From Gemmatimonadota bacterium (lineage in GTDB: Bacteria > Orphanbacterota > Orphanbacteria > Orphanbacterales > Orphanbacteraceae): a DNA stretch of 55,383 nt. The stretch's first letter is position 1, and each line of letters begins with the position of its first letter. The position numbers were made by a program, and so were the translations under genes. The notes beneath the pieces were generated by a model, which saw only the letters and a list, made by a program, of their open reading frames with translations, was not told the origin of the DNA and searched no databases. The stretch is from the NCBI GenBank assembly GCA_020061515.1, contig JAGUYC010000050.1, forward strand, positions 1 through 55,383, written 5' to 3'. Shown piece after piece: positions 1 to 9,252 of this stretch.

Positions 1-2812
1 CCGTCACCGTCACCGTCAACACCGAATCCCCAAGACCGTCCGGACGAAGCATCACGTCGTCGTTCACCGCAACCGTCGAAAGGGTCGGATCGATCCCGGA
101 CCCGACGTGAAGCGCGACAGGAACAAGAACGACCGGCGTGCTCTCATCGTCCGACTCCACGCGAATGTCGGCGGCGTAGTCACCGGGCGCCAGTGCGGTC
201 GCGTCAAACGTGACCGCGACCGTGTCCGCGCCGCCTGCGGGAACCGAGCCGCCCGGAGGATCGAACGAGAGCCACGACACTCCGGTCGCGAGAACCGACA
301 CGTCATCGATGAACCATCCGGAGTACTGGTTATACAGCGCGTCCGTCGTGTCGAAGTGGAAGCGGATCTTCACCGCCTGTCCGGCATATGGGGTGAGGTT
401 CAAGGAGACGAGCCGCCATCCGCCGCTCGAACCGGACGTTCCGCCCCGAAGCGACGTCCAGGTGGCGCCGCCGTTCGTCGAGACTCCCACGTTGCAGAAG
501 TCGTAGCCGGTCTCCGTGCTGAAGGTCTCGTAGAACTCGAGCGTAAGGGGCGGCGTCGCGCCCGTCAGATCGATGCTCGGGGAGACGAGCGCGTTCGAGA
601 TCCGCCTCCCCGTGTCGTAGTTCCCCTGCGCGTCGATGCCGCACCACCAAGAATGGTTCGGCGAGTTGTAGTTGGCCGTCACTTGGTGCCAGAGATTGTC
701 GATGCTCCCGTCCAAGAGCACGCTCGTCCAGCCGTTCACGCCGCTTTCCATGTCGTCGTGGAAGATCACGGCGGAAAGTTTGCCGGCCGCTTGCGTTTCG
801 CGAAGGAAGGCGAGGGTCCTCGTGTTGTCGGCTGTTTCGCTCTCCGGATTCGCGAGCCCGCGAATGCCCGGCTCTCCTCCGGCTGTCTTCGCGAGCGTCG
901 TTTGCACACCCGCGATTCCGTACGTGAGGACTCCCGTCCCCGCGTTCTCGATGAAGAGATCACGCACCGCCGACGCGCCCGCGTTCACCGTCACCTCGAA
1001 CGAAGCCGGCGAGACCTCGATCTCGGGAGTCGTGCCGATGAGGTCGGAACAGCTGAACCCGTGGTTCGCGGCGCCCGTGCAGATGGCGGAATAGTTGGGC
1101 GTGCCGTTCACGAGATTGCCGTCGTCGTCGTCGGCGATCAGCATCGAAAGCACCTGGTCCGGCTGCGTAGTCGGAAGCGTGAGGGATCTCCCGTTGTGCC
1201 AGATGTCGCCGATCACCTCGAACGCCGCTTCCTCGCCGAGCGACGCGCGGAGCTCCTGCCACGCGTCCCAAACGACTCCCGCGATGATCTGTCCGTCGTG
1301 ATGGCCCGAACCGGTGAGATCATCCGGGTAAATGAGCGAGTTGTCCGAGTTCCGGATCCCCGACGTGCAGTTGTTCAGGTAGAACCCGAGCCCGATGATC
1401 GACTCGCCGGTCAGCAGGTTCGCGATGATGTCCGAGTTCCCCTCATGCAGCGCGCTCGACGGCGAAGAGGTCGTGTTGTAAATCCGGTGCGTGATGCCGT
1501 GGCCGTACTCGTGGTAGATAACGTCGGACATCTCGCCGGTGTTCCCGTAGCCGGAGCCGGCCGAGCAGAAGTTGATGTTCGTCCAATCGTACCACGCGTT
1601 CCCGGGGCAGTATCCATCCGTCCTCGCGACCGTCACCACCATCGGATAGTCGATGTCGGCCAGGCCGGGTCCCGGATCGACGGCGCGGATGTAATCGTGC
1701 ACTCGATTCGTGTGATAGAAGCAGGTTCTCTCGTCCGTGCGGCCGTCGGTGCTTCCCCAATGAATTTGCAGGAACTGCCCTTGGGACACGCTCCCCGATC
1801 GGTACGCCTCGGCGCCGGAGTAGTTCTGCACGTTCGCCCACGGCCCGCGGAGATACGCGTTCCAGGCAACCGATCCGCTCGCGCCGGAGATGGAGAAGTT
1901 GCCGTCCGCGCCGCTCGTCGCCGTGCCGAGTCCGGTGAAGTTGATGAAGTGGTCCGCGTACTCGCGCTCCACGAGCGAGTTGCCGCAGTAGTGCGGATCG
2001 TAGATGTCCCCGTCCGTGTTCCCGTGGATGTCGAAGAAGCGGATGAGGTTCTCGCGCCGGAGGATCCCGCCCGACGAGGCGTCGACGAGCGTCTCCCAGA
2101 GACCGAACGGGCTTTCCATCCGCTGCCGGACCGCGTAGACGAGCCGGTAGGAGAGCCCGCCGTCCCTTTCGATCGGAAGGATCTCGAGATCAACCCCCTC
2201 TTCGATATCGGTTCCGAAGCGAAACCCGAGCGCGAGACCCGCGATCGCCGCCGCTTCCTCGGGCGCGACAGACGGGACCGTCGAGAGGTCGATCCCCGGA
2301 TGGAGGTCGGAACCCGCGCTGAAGATCCTCCCCGTCTCGGTCATCACCACGTGAGCGCGCCCGCCGCGGACCGGGACTCCCTCGACCACTTCATCGAAAA
2401 CGGCCGACCACTTCCCCGACGCCCGAGTCGTCGTTCGAAGGCGAAGGTTCTCGTCCGAAGCGCCGAAAAGCCCGGGGTTCGCGAGGAGGAACCTCCGCGC
2501 GGTTCTCTCGGCGTCTTCCGGAGAGGAGACCGCGCCGTCCGTCGCCGCCCCGCTCCCGAAGAGCTGATGAGCGAGCCCGGTCGTCTCGTTCCACTGCACG
2601 CGCCACGCGCCGCCGTAGCGATGAAGGAAATCCTCGGCAAAACCCGCCCTCCCCGCCGCGAGGTCCTCGGTTGCCCAAACGCGAGGGGCCTTCTCGCCGG
2701 GAAGGTAGATCTCATAGGCTTCAAGCTCCTCGACCGGCGCGAAGGCGAACGACGCGCTCGGCGAAAGAACGAGAATCGCGAGCGGGATGAGAACCGTCAT
2801 GCGCAGGCTCAT
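1..2812 (-). CDS. Secreted zinc metalloprotease, thermolysin/fungalysin-like (clan MA); C-terminus runs off the left window edge
   Basis: Absent from the ORF track because no stop lies in the window. The minus-strand frame from ATG 2812..2810 (GGAGG 9 nt upstream) showed no in-frame stop in the stretch checked codon by codon (positions 1 to ~1560) or in the translation of the remainder. N-terminus MSLRMTVLIPLAILVLSPSASFA is a signal peptide. HEYGHG (His codon at 1513) with HEGNSD placing a Glu 19 residues after the second His matches thermolysin-type HExxH...E spacing. The 908-aa plus ORF 107..2833 is its antisense shadow. Confidence 0.8.
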   Translation of the reverse strand, partial: MSLRMTVLIPLAILVLSPSASFAFAPVEELEAYEIYLPGEKAPRVWATEDLAAGRAGFAEDFLHRYGGAWRVQWNETTGLAHQLFGSGAATDGAVSSPEDAERTARRFLLANPGLFGASDENLRLRTTTRASGKWSAVFDEVVEGVPVRGGRAHVVMTETGRIFSAGSDLHPGIDLSTVPSVAPEEAAAIAGLALGFRFGTDIEEGVDLEILPIERDGGLSYRLVYAVRQRMESPFGLWETLVDASSGGILRRENLIRFFDIHGNTDGDIYDPHYCGNSLVEREYADHFINFTGLGTATSGADGNFSISGASGSVAWNAYLRGPWANVQNYSGAEAYRSGSVSQGQFLQIHWGSTDGRTDERTCFYHTNRVHDYIRAVDPGPGLADIDYPMVVTVARTDGYCPGNAWYDWTNINFCSAGSGYGNTGEMSDVIYHEYGHGITHRIYNTTSSPSSALHEGNSDIIANLLTGESIIGLGFYLNNCTSGIRNSDNSLIYPDDLTGSGHHDGQIIAGVVWDAWQELRASLGEEAAFEVIGDIWHNGRSLTLPTTQPDQVLSMLIADDDDGNLVNGTPNYSAICTGAANHGFSCSDLIGTTPEIEVSPASFEVTVNAGASAVRDLFIENAGTGVLTYGIAGVQTTLAKTAGGEPGIRGLANPESETADNTRTLAFLRETQAAGKLSAVIFHDDMESGVNGWTSVLLDGSIDNLWHQVTANYNSPNHSWWCGIDAQGNYDTGRRISNALVSPSIDLTGATPPLTLEFYETFSTETGYDFCNVGVSTNGGATWTSLRGGTSGSSGGWRLVSLNLTPYAGQAVKIRFHFDTTDALYNQYSGWFIDDVSVLATGVSWLSFDPPGGSVPAGGADTVAVTFDATALAPGDYAADIRVESDDESTPVVLVPVALHVGSGIDPTLSTVAVNDDVMLRPDGLGDSVLTVTVT

Positions 2813-3192
2813 GTCGAATCGACCTCCATTTGAGACATAAAGAACTTGCGGGCCGACGCGGAGACGGCCTTTCTTCCGTGCGAACAAGAAGAACGCAATC
2901 GGGCGGACAAACGCGAACGCACCCTCACCTCGCCCGGCCGGTTTGGGGAGGGAGCCGGCCGGAAGTCGGATCATGCGCGAACGGAGGGAGACTCACCGAA
3001 CGTTGGCTCAAATGATAACAGAAGATTCTCTAAGGAGAAAGCCCCTTCTTGCGGGGGCGCTCCTCACGAAAGGGCTCCCCTCAGAGAGCCGCCCGTAGAA
3101 CCCTATAACGCATTTCATTCCAATGGGTTATTGGCTTGCCCCCCCTTTCGATCTCCCCGGGCCTTGTCGACCCGCCCGGTCCCCCGCCCGGC

Positions 3193-4158
3193 TCAGTACG
3201 ACGCGAGAAGCTCCCAGGTCCTCGTGTCCCAGATCTGGGCGCCGGCGAGGGGCCAGACGACCGCGAGGTAGCGCCCGGTCCGGTCGAAGGCGGCCGCTCG
3301 CGGAACCTCGGGCTCCTCTCTCCTCCGGATGAGGCGGACGGATCGAAAGCGCTTCGCCACGTCGCCCGTTCGCGCGTCGCGGACCTCGATGCGCGCGCGC
3401 AGCTCGGGAGACGATCCCTCGATCGCTCGGAGAAGAAGGAGGACGAGGTTCCCCTCCGGCGCGAGGAGAGCCCCGAATGGCTCTTCCCCGGGGGCGAGCT
3501 CGGCGAGGACACCGGCCGGACCTCCCGGGCGCACGAGTGCGAGACGCCGTTCCTCGACGAGCAAGAGGCCGGCGGCGGCCTCCCGCTCATCGGTCCATGC
3601 GAGCGGTTCCCCGTCCCCCGGAAGCGGCTCGAACTCCGGCTCGCCGTCCAGACGCACGATGCGGTCGCGAAGGAGGATCATCACGCAGCGCTGCTCGCGG
3701 CGCAGGTCGAGAGGTTCCCAAGGAGGGCTCCATCGAAGCGAATCGACCGGGGTTCCTTCGGGCAGCCTTCGCCTCTCGAAGAAGCCGGGGCCGCCCAAGT
3801 AGAGATCGGAGCCGTCCGCGTCGAGAAGCGTGACGGGCCCGCGAAGACCGACGAGCGAAAGGACCGGCCCCGCGGATCCATCCCGGTAGATGTCGACACG
3901 CGGCGCCTCGCCCGGGAGCGAGGCGGCGAGAAGACCCTTCTCCCACTCGACCGCGAGCGCGAGCGGCTCGGGTAGGCTGTCCGTTCGAGGGATCGCCTCG
4001 CCTTCGAGGAAGGGGAGCTCGAAAACCCTCCCTCGGTTGTAGGCGATCAGCTTCTCCCCGTCCGGCGACCAGGCGATCGGACCGAAGCGCGCGGCCGCCT
4101 CGGCGTTTCGCGCCGCAAAGAGCCCGAGAAGAAGAACAAGCAGGGTTCGAGGGAGCAT
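3193..4158 (-). CDS. Secreted hypothetical protein, possibly PD40/WD40-like beta-propeller
   Basis: 321-aa ORF with ATG preceded by GAGGAAG. Signal peptide MLPRTLLVLLLGLFAARNAEA. The WSPDGEKLIAY motif resembles TolB/PD40 repeats. Lies downstream of the CBM48 gene string on the same strand. Confidence 0.6.
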   Translation of the reverse strand: MLPRTLLVLLLGLFAARNAEAAARFGPIAWSPDGEKLIAYNRGRVFELPFLEGEAIPRTDSLPEPLALAVEWEKGLLAASLPGEAPRVDIYRDGSAGPVLSLVGLRGPVTLLDADGSDLYLGGPGFFERRRLPEGTPVDSLRWSPPWEPLDLRREQRCVMILLRDRIVRLDGEPEFEPLPGDGEPLAWTDEREAAAGLLLVEERRLALVRPGGPAGVLAELAPGEEPFGALLAPEGNLVLLLLRAIEGSSPELRARIEVRDARTGDVAKRFRSVRLIRRREEPEVPRAAAFDRTGRYLAVVWPLAGAQIWDTRTWELLASY

Positions 4159-4264
4159 GGCGCTTCCTCGCAGGATCCGCCGGGTTCACGAAGGCGGATA
4201 TTCGAGTGTTGGGCCGGCGCCGACCCGAGAGGGCCGGCGCCCGCGCGGCATCCTCCGCACGCGC

Positions 4265-6559
4265 TCAGGGGAGGAGCGTGATCGTGTACGTGCGCGTCGC
4301 CTCGTCGAGGCGGAATTCGTACGTGCCCGGTTCCAACTTGATCTTGCCGAGAGCGGCCGGCTCGCCGCCGCTCCCCTGGCAAATGCTCCCCGCGAGCGGA
4401 GTGGAGCAGGTGTTGTCCTCGGGGCCGCAGTTCCCATAATCGTTCGCGCCCCAATCGTTTCCCGTTCGGAACTTCATGAAGTGACAATTATCCGGGGGAC
4501 GCGCGGCGACGACGATCGTGTCGACCCAGAGACACGGCTGGATCTGCGTCATGCTCGGGATGCTCGTGTTCCACCCGTTGAAGTCTCCGACCGCGCGGAT
4601 GATCGTGAACTCCGACTGGCAGGTCACCTCGGTCAGCGTGACCGTGCCGAGGTTGGCGGTCGCTCCGTCGGCGACGCTTACGCCGGCGATCGTGGTGTCC
4701 CGGAAGCTCGCCCCCGTGAAGGCGACGTCGTAGACGCCGCCGTCCAGATCGTCCGCCGTGAAGGTCCCGAGATCGACGTCGACTCGAGCGGTCGCGGCGA
4801 GGAAGCCGCCGGCGCTCCTGGTCACCCGAACGTCGATCACGGGGAACGGAGGCTGCCGGCCGGTGTCGAACGCGACGCTCCCCACGATCCGCGCGCCGAA
4901 CTCCTCAATCGAAAGGACGCGGTATTGGAGCGAGTCTTCGTCGAGCGTCACCTGGAAGCGGCCGGCGTTCGGGACGGCGAACAACAAGTTCTGCCCGCTC
5001 GCCAAGAGGCAGATCGGCCGGTAGGTAACCAAGTCCTCCGTGATCAGCGTGTCGCAGCGCACGTAGTCCGGCGGGTTGTCGTACGCGCGGTCGGTCACGA
5101 ACTTGAACTGCACGATTCCCGGAAGGGAGATAGACGCCGGGAACACATCGATCGTGTCGATCCAGAGGCAGCTTCCGATCTTCTGCATTCCCGGGTCGGA
5201 CGTGAAGAGCCGCTCGTCCCACGCGTTGAACTCGCCGAGCATGTGGATCGTCGAGGCGACGCTGACGCACCCCGGCCGCATCGCGATTGTCCCGACCTCC
5301 GTCGTCTCGGCCGCCGCGACGGAGACGTTCGCGAGCGTCGTGTCGACGTATCTGCGCGCGCGGATCCCGATCTCCACGCTCCCCGCCGGCACGCCGTCCA
5401 GGACGAACCCGCCGTCGACCGCGCTCGAGGTCGTTTCCGCGAGCCGCACGAGGCTCGACGGATCCGTGTAGAAGATCGTCGCGACCGGAAGGACGCTCGG
5501 ATCGTCTTCGAACGCGATCGCGCCGGAAACCGCTCCCCCGCGGGCGAGCGTGATCGTTCCGAGGTCGATTTCCTCATCCGCAAGGAACTCGATGGAGAAG
5601 AGGATCGTGTCGACATAGCCCGCCGCGTGGAAGCGGAGATCGTAGGCGTCTTCGTTCAGCCCGGCGATCGAGAAGACGGTCGTCCCGGCCGGAATCATCG
5701 TCGTATCGACGGCGGCTCCGGTCGCATGGACCGAAACGATGATCCGCACTTCCGGCGTTTCCACGGGGCCGTCGCTGAAGGCCACGCGTCCCTGGAGCGC
5801 GCCGGTCAGGAGCACGCTCACCGCTCCGAGATCGACGCCCGCGTCCCCCGCCACGCGGACGTTTCGGATGTAGCGCACGGGGAAGGTCTCCGGATCGCCG
5901 GGGACTGAGAGGATGATCGTGTAGTTGCCTCGAGCAAGGTTCTCGATCGTGAAGCGCGTGCTGTCGACTCCGGTCGTGTCCCAGAGAGCCTCGTCTTTCG
6001 CGAGAACCCAGAAGTACCCCGGATCCGTGGATGCGTTCAGGAGGAATTGGTACGCTCCCGCCGAAGGGATCGACACTCGCAGGTTGTCTCCGTTCGTGTT
6101 CACCGTCGTTCCGCGCCGCGCGGCCTCATCGACGCCGCTCCCCCCCATCGCGTAACTCCCGTCCCAAGACCCGTTCGTGACGAACTTCCATTCGAACTGG
6201 TCGTCCGCGGCGAGCGGTTCCTCGCCGATCCAAAGACAGGGGAAGAGCTCGTTCATCCCAGGCGTCGACTCCCAGATTCCCGTATCCCACGCGACATTCT
6301 CTCCGGTCACATGGACCGACGTCGGCCCGCCCGTGCACGCGGGATTGTAGCCCGGAATCGCATAGACGACGGTGAGCGGGTAGGGCGGCCCCATCCCCCA
6401 ATCGAGCGTTCCCGTGATGATTCCCTCCGCGAGAGCGCCGCCCCCGGAAGGGTCGAGGAGCGTGTCGTTCGGATTGCCGCCGCAGCGCGCGAGGATCATC
6501 ATCGCCGCCGCCGCCACCAAGAGCGCTCCTCCGAGAATCGTCGTTCGTTTCTTCATCAT
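4265..6559 (-). CDS. Surface (lipo)protein with three CBM48-like glucan-binding modules interleaved with CarboxypepD_reg-like Ig domains
   Basis: The ORF track gives 4265..6790, but the Arg-rich first 77 aa look non-coding. MMKKRTTILGGALLVAAAAMMILARCGG at 6559 is a signal/lipoprotein-like N-terminus. Three repeats match the GxFNxW...KFxT pattern: VHVTGENVAWD..FEWKFVTNGSWDG, IHMLGEFNAWD..VQFKFVTDRAYDN, IRAVGDFNGWN..HFMKFRTGNDWGA. Confidence 0.75.
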   Translation of the reverse strand: MMKKRTTILGGALLVAAAAMMILARCGGNPNDTLLDPSGGGALAEGIITGTLDWGMGPPYPLTVVYAIPGYNPACTGGPTSVHVTGENVAWDTGIWESTPGMNELFPCLWIGEEPLAADDQFEWKFVTNGSWDGSYAMGGSGVDEAARRGTTVNTNGDNLRVSIPSAGAYQFLLNASTDPGYFWVLAKDEALWDTTGVDSTRFTIENLARGNYTIILSVPGDPETFPVRYIRNVRVAGDAGVDLGAVSVLLTGALQGRVAFSDGPVETPEVRIIVSVHATGAAVDTTMIPAGTTVFSIAGLNEDAYDLRFHAAGYVDTILFSIEFLADEEIDLGTITLARGGAVSGAIAFEDDPSVLPVATIFYTDPSSLVRLAETTSSAVDGGFVLDGVPAGSVEIGIRARRYVDTTLANVSVAAAETTEVGTIAMRPGCVSVASTIHMLGEFNAWDERLFTSDPGMQKIGSCLWIDTIDVFPASISLPGIVQFKFVTDRAYDNPPDYVRCDTLITEDLVTYRPICLLASGQNLLFAVPNAGRFQVTLDEDSLQYRVLSIEEFGARIVGSVAFDTGRQPPFPVIDVRVTRSAGGFLAATARVDVDLGTFTADDLDGGVYDVAFTGASFRDTTIAGVSVADGATANLGTVTLTEVTCQSEFTIIRAVGDFNGWNTSIPSMTQIQPCLWVDTIVVAARPPDNCHFMKFRTGNDWGANDYGNCGPEDNTCSTPLAGSICQGSGGEPAALGKIKLEPGTYEFRLDEATRTYTITLLP

Positions 6560-6573
6560 CCTCGTTGCCCCCC

Positions 6574-6987
6574 TCAATCGACAACGAGAAGGGAGTTGTA
6601 GCCCCCGTATCCGTCGTCCACGCGCTGGGGATTGTTCGGATCTTCCTTCCACGTTTTCTCGTCGACCACGAACTTGTACTGATAACGGCCGGGTGGGAGA
6701 TCGACGACGATCTGCCAGACGCCGTCGCCGTCCTCGTCGCTCATCAGGCCGATCAGGTAGCTTCCCGTCTGCGCTTGCCCGCGCAGCCAATCATTCTCCG
6801 GCCAGTTGCCGGCAAGCTGGACTCGCTGCGCCGACGGCGCTTCGAATTGGAAGAGGACCCCGCCTTCCGCGTGGTAAGGAGGCGGCAAGCGCCGCTTCAC
6901 GAAGTTCAGATTGACGCACGCGGCGGCGAAGAGAAGAACCGCCAGCAAGGCGATTCCGGCCGTGGAAGCGTGAAGTCCTCTTCTCAT
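6574..6987 (-). CDS. Small lipoprotein consisting of a single CBM48 (AMPK-beta glycogen-binding) module
   Basis: Internal ATG at 6987 gives MRRGLHASTAGIALLAVLLFAAAC (lipobox FAAAC), 10 nt after the stop of the upstream gene with GGAG/GAGG between. VQLAGNWPENDW...GRYQYKFVVDEKTWKEDPNNP is a clear CBM48 signature. The longer listed ORF 6574..7278 overlaps the upstream gene. Confidence 0.8.
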   Translation of the reverse strand: MRRGLHASTAGIALLAVLLFAAACVNLNFVKRRLPPPYHAEGGVLFQFEAPSAQRVQLAGNWPENDWLRGQAQTGSYLIGLMSDEDGDGVWQIVVDLPPGRYQYKFVVDEKTWKEDPNNPQRVDDGYGGYNSLLVVD

Positions 6988-6997
6988 CCTCGCACTC

Positions 6998-9181
6998 CTA
7001 GAAACGCACGATCGCTTCGACTTGGATTCGGCGTTCGTCCTCGAGGGCTTTCTCCGCGGCGGGAATCGACGAGGCGAGGGAACGGAAGTTGCGCCGCGCC
7101 GCGTCGCCGTTCGCGCCCCGCGCGAAGAGGAAGAGATCGCGCCCGACGGCGTCGAACTCGTTCGTCGTCTCGTCGACGATGAAGGGATCCACGCCGTAGG
7201 AGAGAGCGACCTCGATCCCTTTCGCGACCTCGTAGGCCACCTCCGCGAAGGTCGACCAGTACGAGCCGAAGAGACCAAGAACGGGATCCGTGTACTTCAC
7301 GAGCCGCGTGTCGGAATACAACCGGATCTTCTTCGACGGGTACCCTTTGAATTGGAAGAGGTTCTCCGTGTACTTCGGATCCCTGTTTAGATCGATTCCG
7401 GCGAACGTTCCTTTCCATGTAAACGAAACATCCTTCGGGGCGTACAGGACCGTCGAGAGCGCCGGCCGGACGAACGAGGCGTTCCTCCCGCCGACCAGGA
7501 CCATCCGGTCGACGGAGACCTCGTGCTCGCTCTGCTCGAGCCAGAAGTTCCGCTCGTCGAACCAGAACTGATTCCGCCACGGGGTGCGGGAGTCGTACCG
7601 GAAATCGTACGCCTCCACCTCGAGTCCGAGATCCCACTTCCTGCCGAACAACCGCTCCCATCCGCGCGCGGCGCCGAAACGGTAGACGCTCATCACGTTC
7701 TCGAGGGTGTCCCAAATCGACGTGGCGTAGTAGGTCTGCTCGTGCCCTTCCCGCTCGTACTCGGCGGAAAGCCGAAGCCCCGACCCCCCGAAACGGTACT
7801 CGCCGCCGAGGAAGACCCGCGTGGACCGGTCGATCTCGAACAGAGCGCCGGCCGCGGCGCGCTCGCCGGATGTCGTCGCGATCTCGGAGGTGTAGAGCGT
7901 GTCCCCGAAAACCTCGTCCACCTCGCGAACCGTGCGGAGCTCGACGTCCGCCTCGCGCCCCTCGATCGCCCGCACCGCGGCCCGCCCGTGAAGAATCTCC
8001 GCGCGCAGGACGTACGGCTTGGCCTCTCCTCCATAGAGGAGATCCCCGCCCGCGCCCCACCATCGCTCCCAGGTCTTCCCGAACTTCCTCTGGACGCCGA
8101 GCGTGCCGGTCGTGTCCTCCGGGTCGATCTCGACGATCGAGAGCGTCCCCGGGTTGTACCCGCGGTCCACGCGCGCGGAGACCCCGACGCGGAGATCGCT
8201 CACCGGATACTTGGCGCGGAGAGCGAGGATGTCCTTGTTGTTGTCGTCGTCGTAGGCTCTGTATGTGGCCCCCTCGTTCCTCTTGAACCGGAACGCCCCG
8301 CGCGCGCTATCGAACGCGGCTTCCTCCGTCGCGATGCTCAGGCTGTCGAGCACCGTCACCGTCGTCCCGCCGTTCTCGAAATCGTCCGCGTAGAGAACCG
8401 TGAGGCCGAGCGCTCCGAGCCCGAAGCTTCCGATCGCGCCTTGCTGGCGGAAGCCGAAATCGTGATCGTAGATTCCGATCCCGCCGACAAGCTCGAGAGG
8501 ATCGTCGAAGCGCCCCGCCGACTCATTGTCGAACATCTTAAGACTGAAGCTTTCGGTATGGAGGCGGAGCGACCCGCGGTCGAACCTCAGGTTCGTCTTC
8601 CAGAAATCGGTGACCGTCGCCTCGCCCTCGTTGTTGATCGAGGTGAGGAGATGAAGATCGAGATAGTCGTTCGCGCGAATCAGCCAGTCGAGATTCATGT
8701 CCATGTACGGCCGCTCGAGCTCCATGCGGCCGCCCCGGCTCTCGTTCTCCCGCGCGATGAAGCGGCTGATCATCCGCCCGCCGAGAAGGATCTTGGCCGA
8801 GTACGCCGTGTTCGCGGTCGCCGCCGCCGCCACGATCTTCCCGTCCGCTCCCACGTGGACGAGCGAGTTGCCGTACTCGCCGATCGTCACCGGATTCTCC
8901 GGGTCGGCGAACCACTGTCCGTCCACGACGAACTTGTACTCGTGCTTTCCGGATCCGAGAGGCACGACGACCGACCAGACGCCGTCGGGGCCCTTCGTCA
9001 TGGAGTTCGCCTGCGCGTTCCAATTGTTGAACGCCCCCGCCACGTACACGCTCCCCGCGTTCGGATCGGCATAGGTGAAGCGGATTCCACCCTCCACGGC
9101 CTCGACTCCGGCCTCCGCCCGGGAAAGCGCCGCGAGAAACGCGACGACGATACATGCCGTTCGTGCCATGTTTGACCTCAT
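6998..9181 (-). CDS. Outer-membrane beta-barrel protein with N-terminal CBM48 glycogen-binding module
   Basis: 727 aa with AAGGGGAG 8 nt upstream of the ATG. Signal peptide MRSNMARTACIVVAFLAALSRAEA. VYVAGAFNNWN...GKHEYKFVVDGQWFADPENP is a CBM48 module. The remaining ~600 aa have alternating-hydrophobic strand patterns and end in ...QVEAIVRF; a C-terminal Phe is typical of OMP barrels. Confidence 0.75.
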   Translation of the reverse strand: MRSNMARTACIVVAFLAALSRAEAGVEAVEGGIRFTYADPNAGSVYVAGAFNNWNAQANSMTKGPDGVWSVVVPLGSGKHEYKFVVDGQWFADPENPVTIGEYGNSLVHVGADGKIVAAAATANTAYSAKILLGGRMISRFIARENESRGGRMELERPYMDMNLDWLIRANDYLDLHLLTSINNEGEATVTDFWKTNLRFDRGSLRLHTESFSLKMFDNESAGRFDDPLELVGGIGIYDHDFGFRQQGAIGSFGLGALGLTVLYADDFENGGTTVTVLDSLSIATEEAAFDSARGAFRFKRNEGATYRAYDDDNNKDILALRAKYPVSDLRVGVSARVDRGYNPGTLSIVEIDPEDTTGTLGVQRKFGKTWERWWGAGGDLLYGGEAKPYVLRAEILHGRAAVRAIEGREADVELRTVREVDEVFGDTLYTSEIATTSGERAAAGALFEIDRSTRVFLGGEYRFGGSGLRLSAEYEREGHEQTYYATSIWDTLENVMSVYRFGAARGWERLFGRKWDLGLEVEAYDFRYDSRTPWRNQFWFDERNFWLEQSEHEVSVDRMVLVGGRNASFVRPALSTVLYAPKDVSFTWKGTFAGIDLNRDPKYTENLFQFKGYPSKKIRLYSDTRLVKYTDPVLGLFGSYWSTFAEVAYEVAKGIEVALSYGVDPFIVDETTNEFDAVGRDLFLFARGANGDAARRNFRSLASSIPAAEKALEDERRIQVEAIVRF

Positions 9182-9252
9182 GGGATCCGCTCCCCTTGCG
9201 CCCGGACCGGCCGCTCGGTTCCGCCGCGATTCTTCGTCACGAGCTCGCCAGG

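Noticed and set aside
107-2833. 908-aa plus-strand ORF, the longest call at the left end
   Set aside because: Arg/Val/Asp-rich nonsense with no motifs. It is exactly antisense to an open minus-strand frame that encodes a signal peptide and an HExxH…E zinc site, so it is a GC-driven antisense shadow.
2930-2975. CCGGCCGG…CCGGCCGGAAG segment checked as a possible SRP/4.5S-like or other housekeeping ncRNA
   Set aside because: Only a short CCGGAAG resemblance. The conserved domain IV context is missing and no convincing extended helix is present. Nothing resembling RNase P, tmRNA or 6S motifs was seen in any intergenic region.
6560-6790. N-terminal extensions of listed ORFs (also 6988-7278, 10795-11043, 11682-11795, 31254-31325, 36178-36339, 36485-37063, 42210-42443, 51808-52176)
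   Set aside because: The extensions are Arg-rich and overlap the upstream gene. They precede an internal start that yields a signal peptide or a canonical family N-terminus, with an SD or start/stop coupling.
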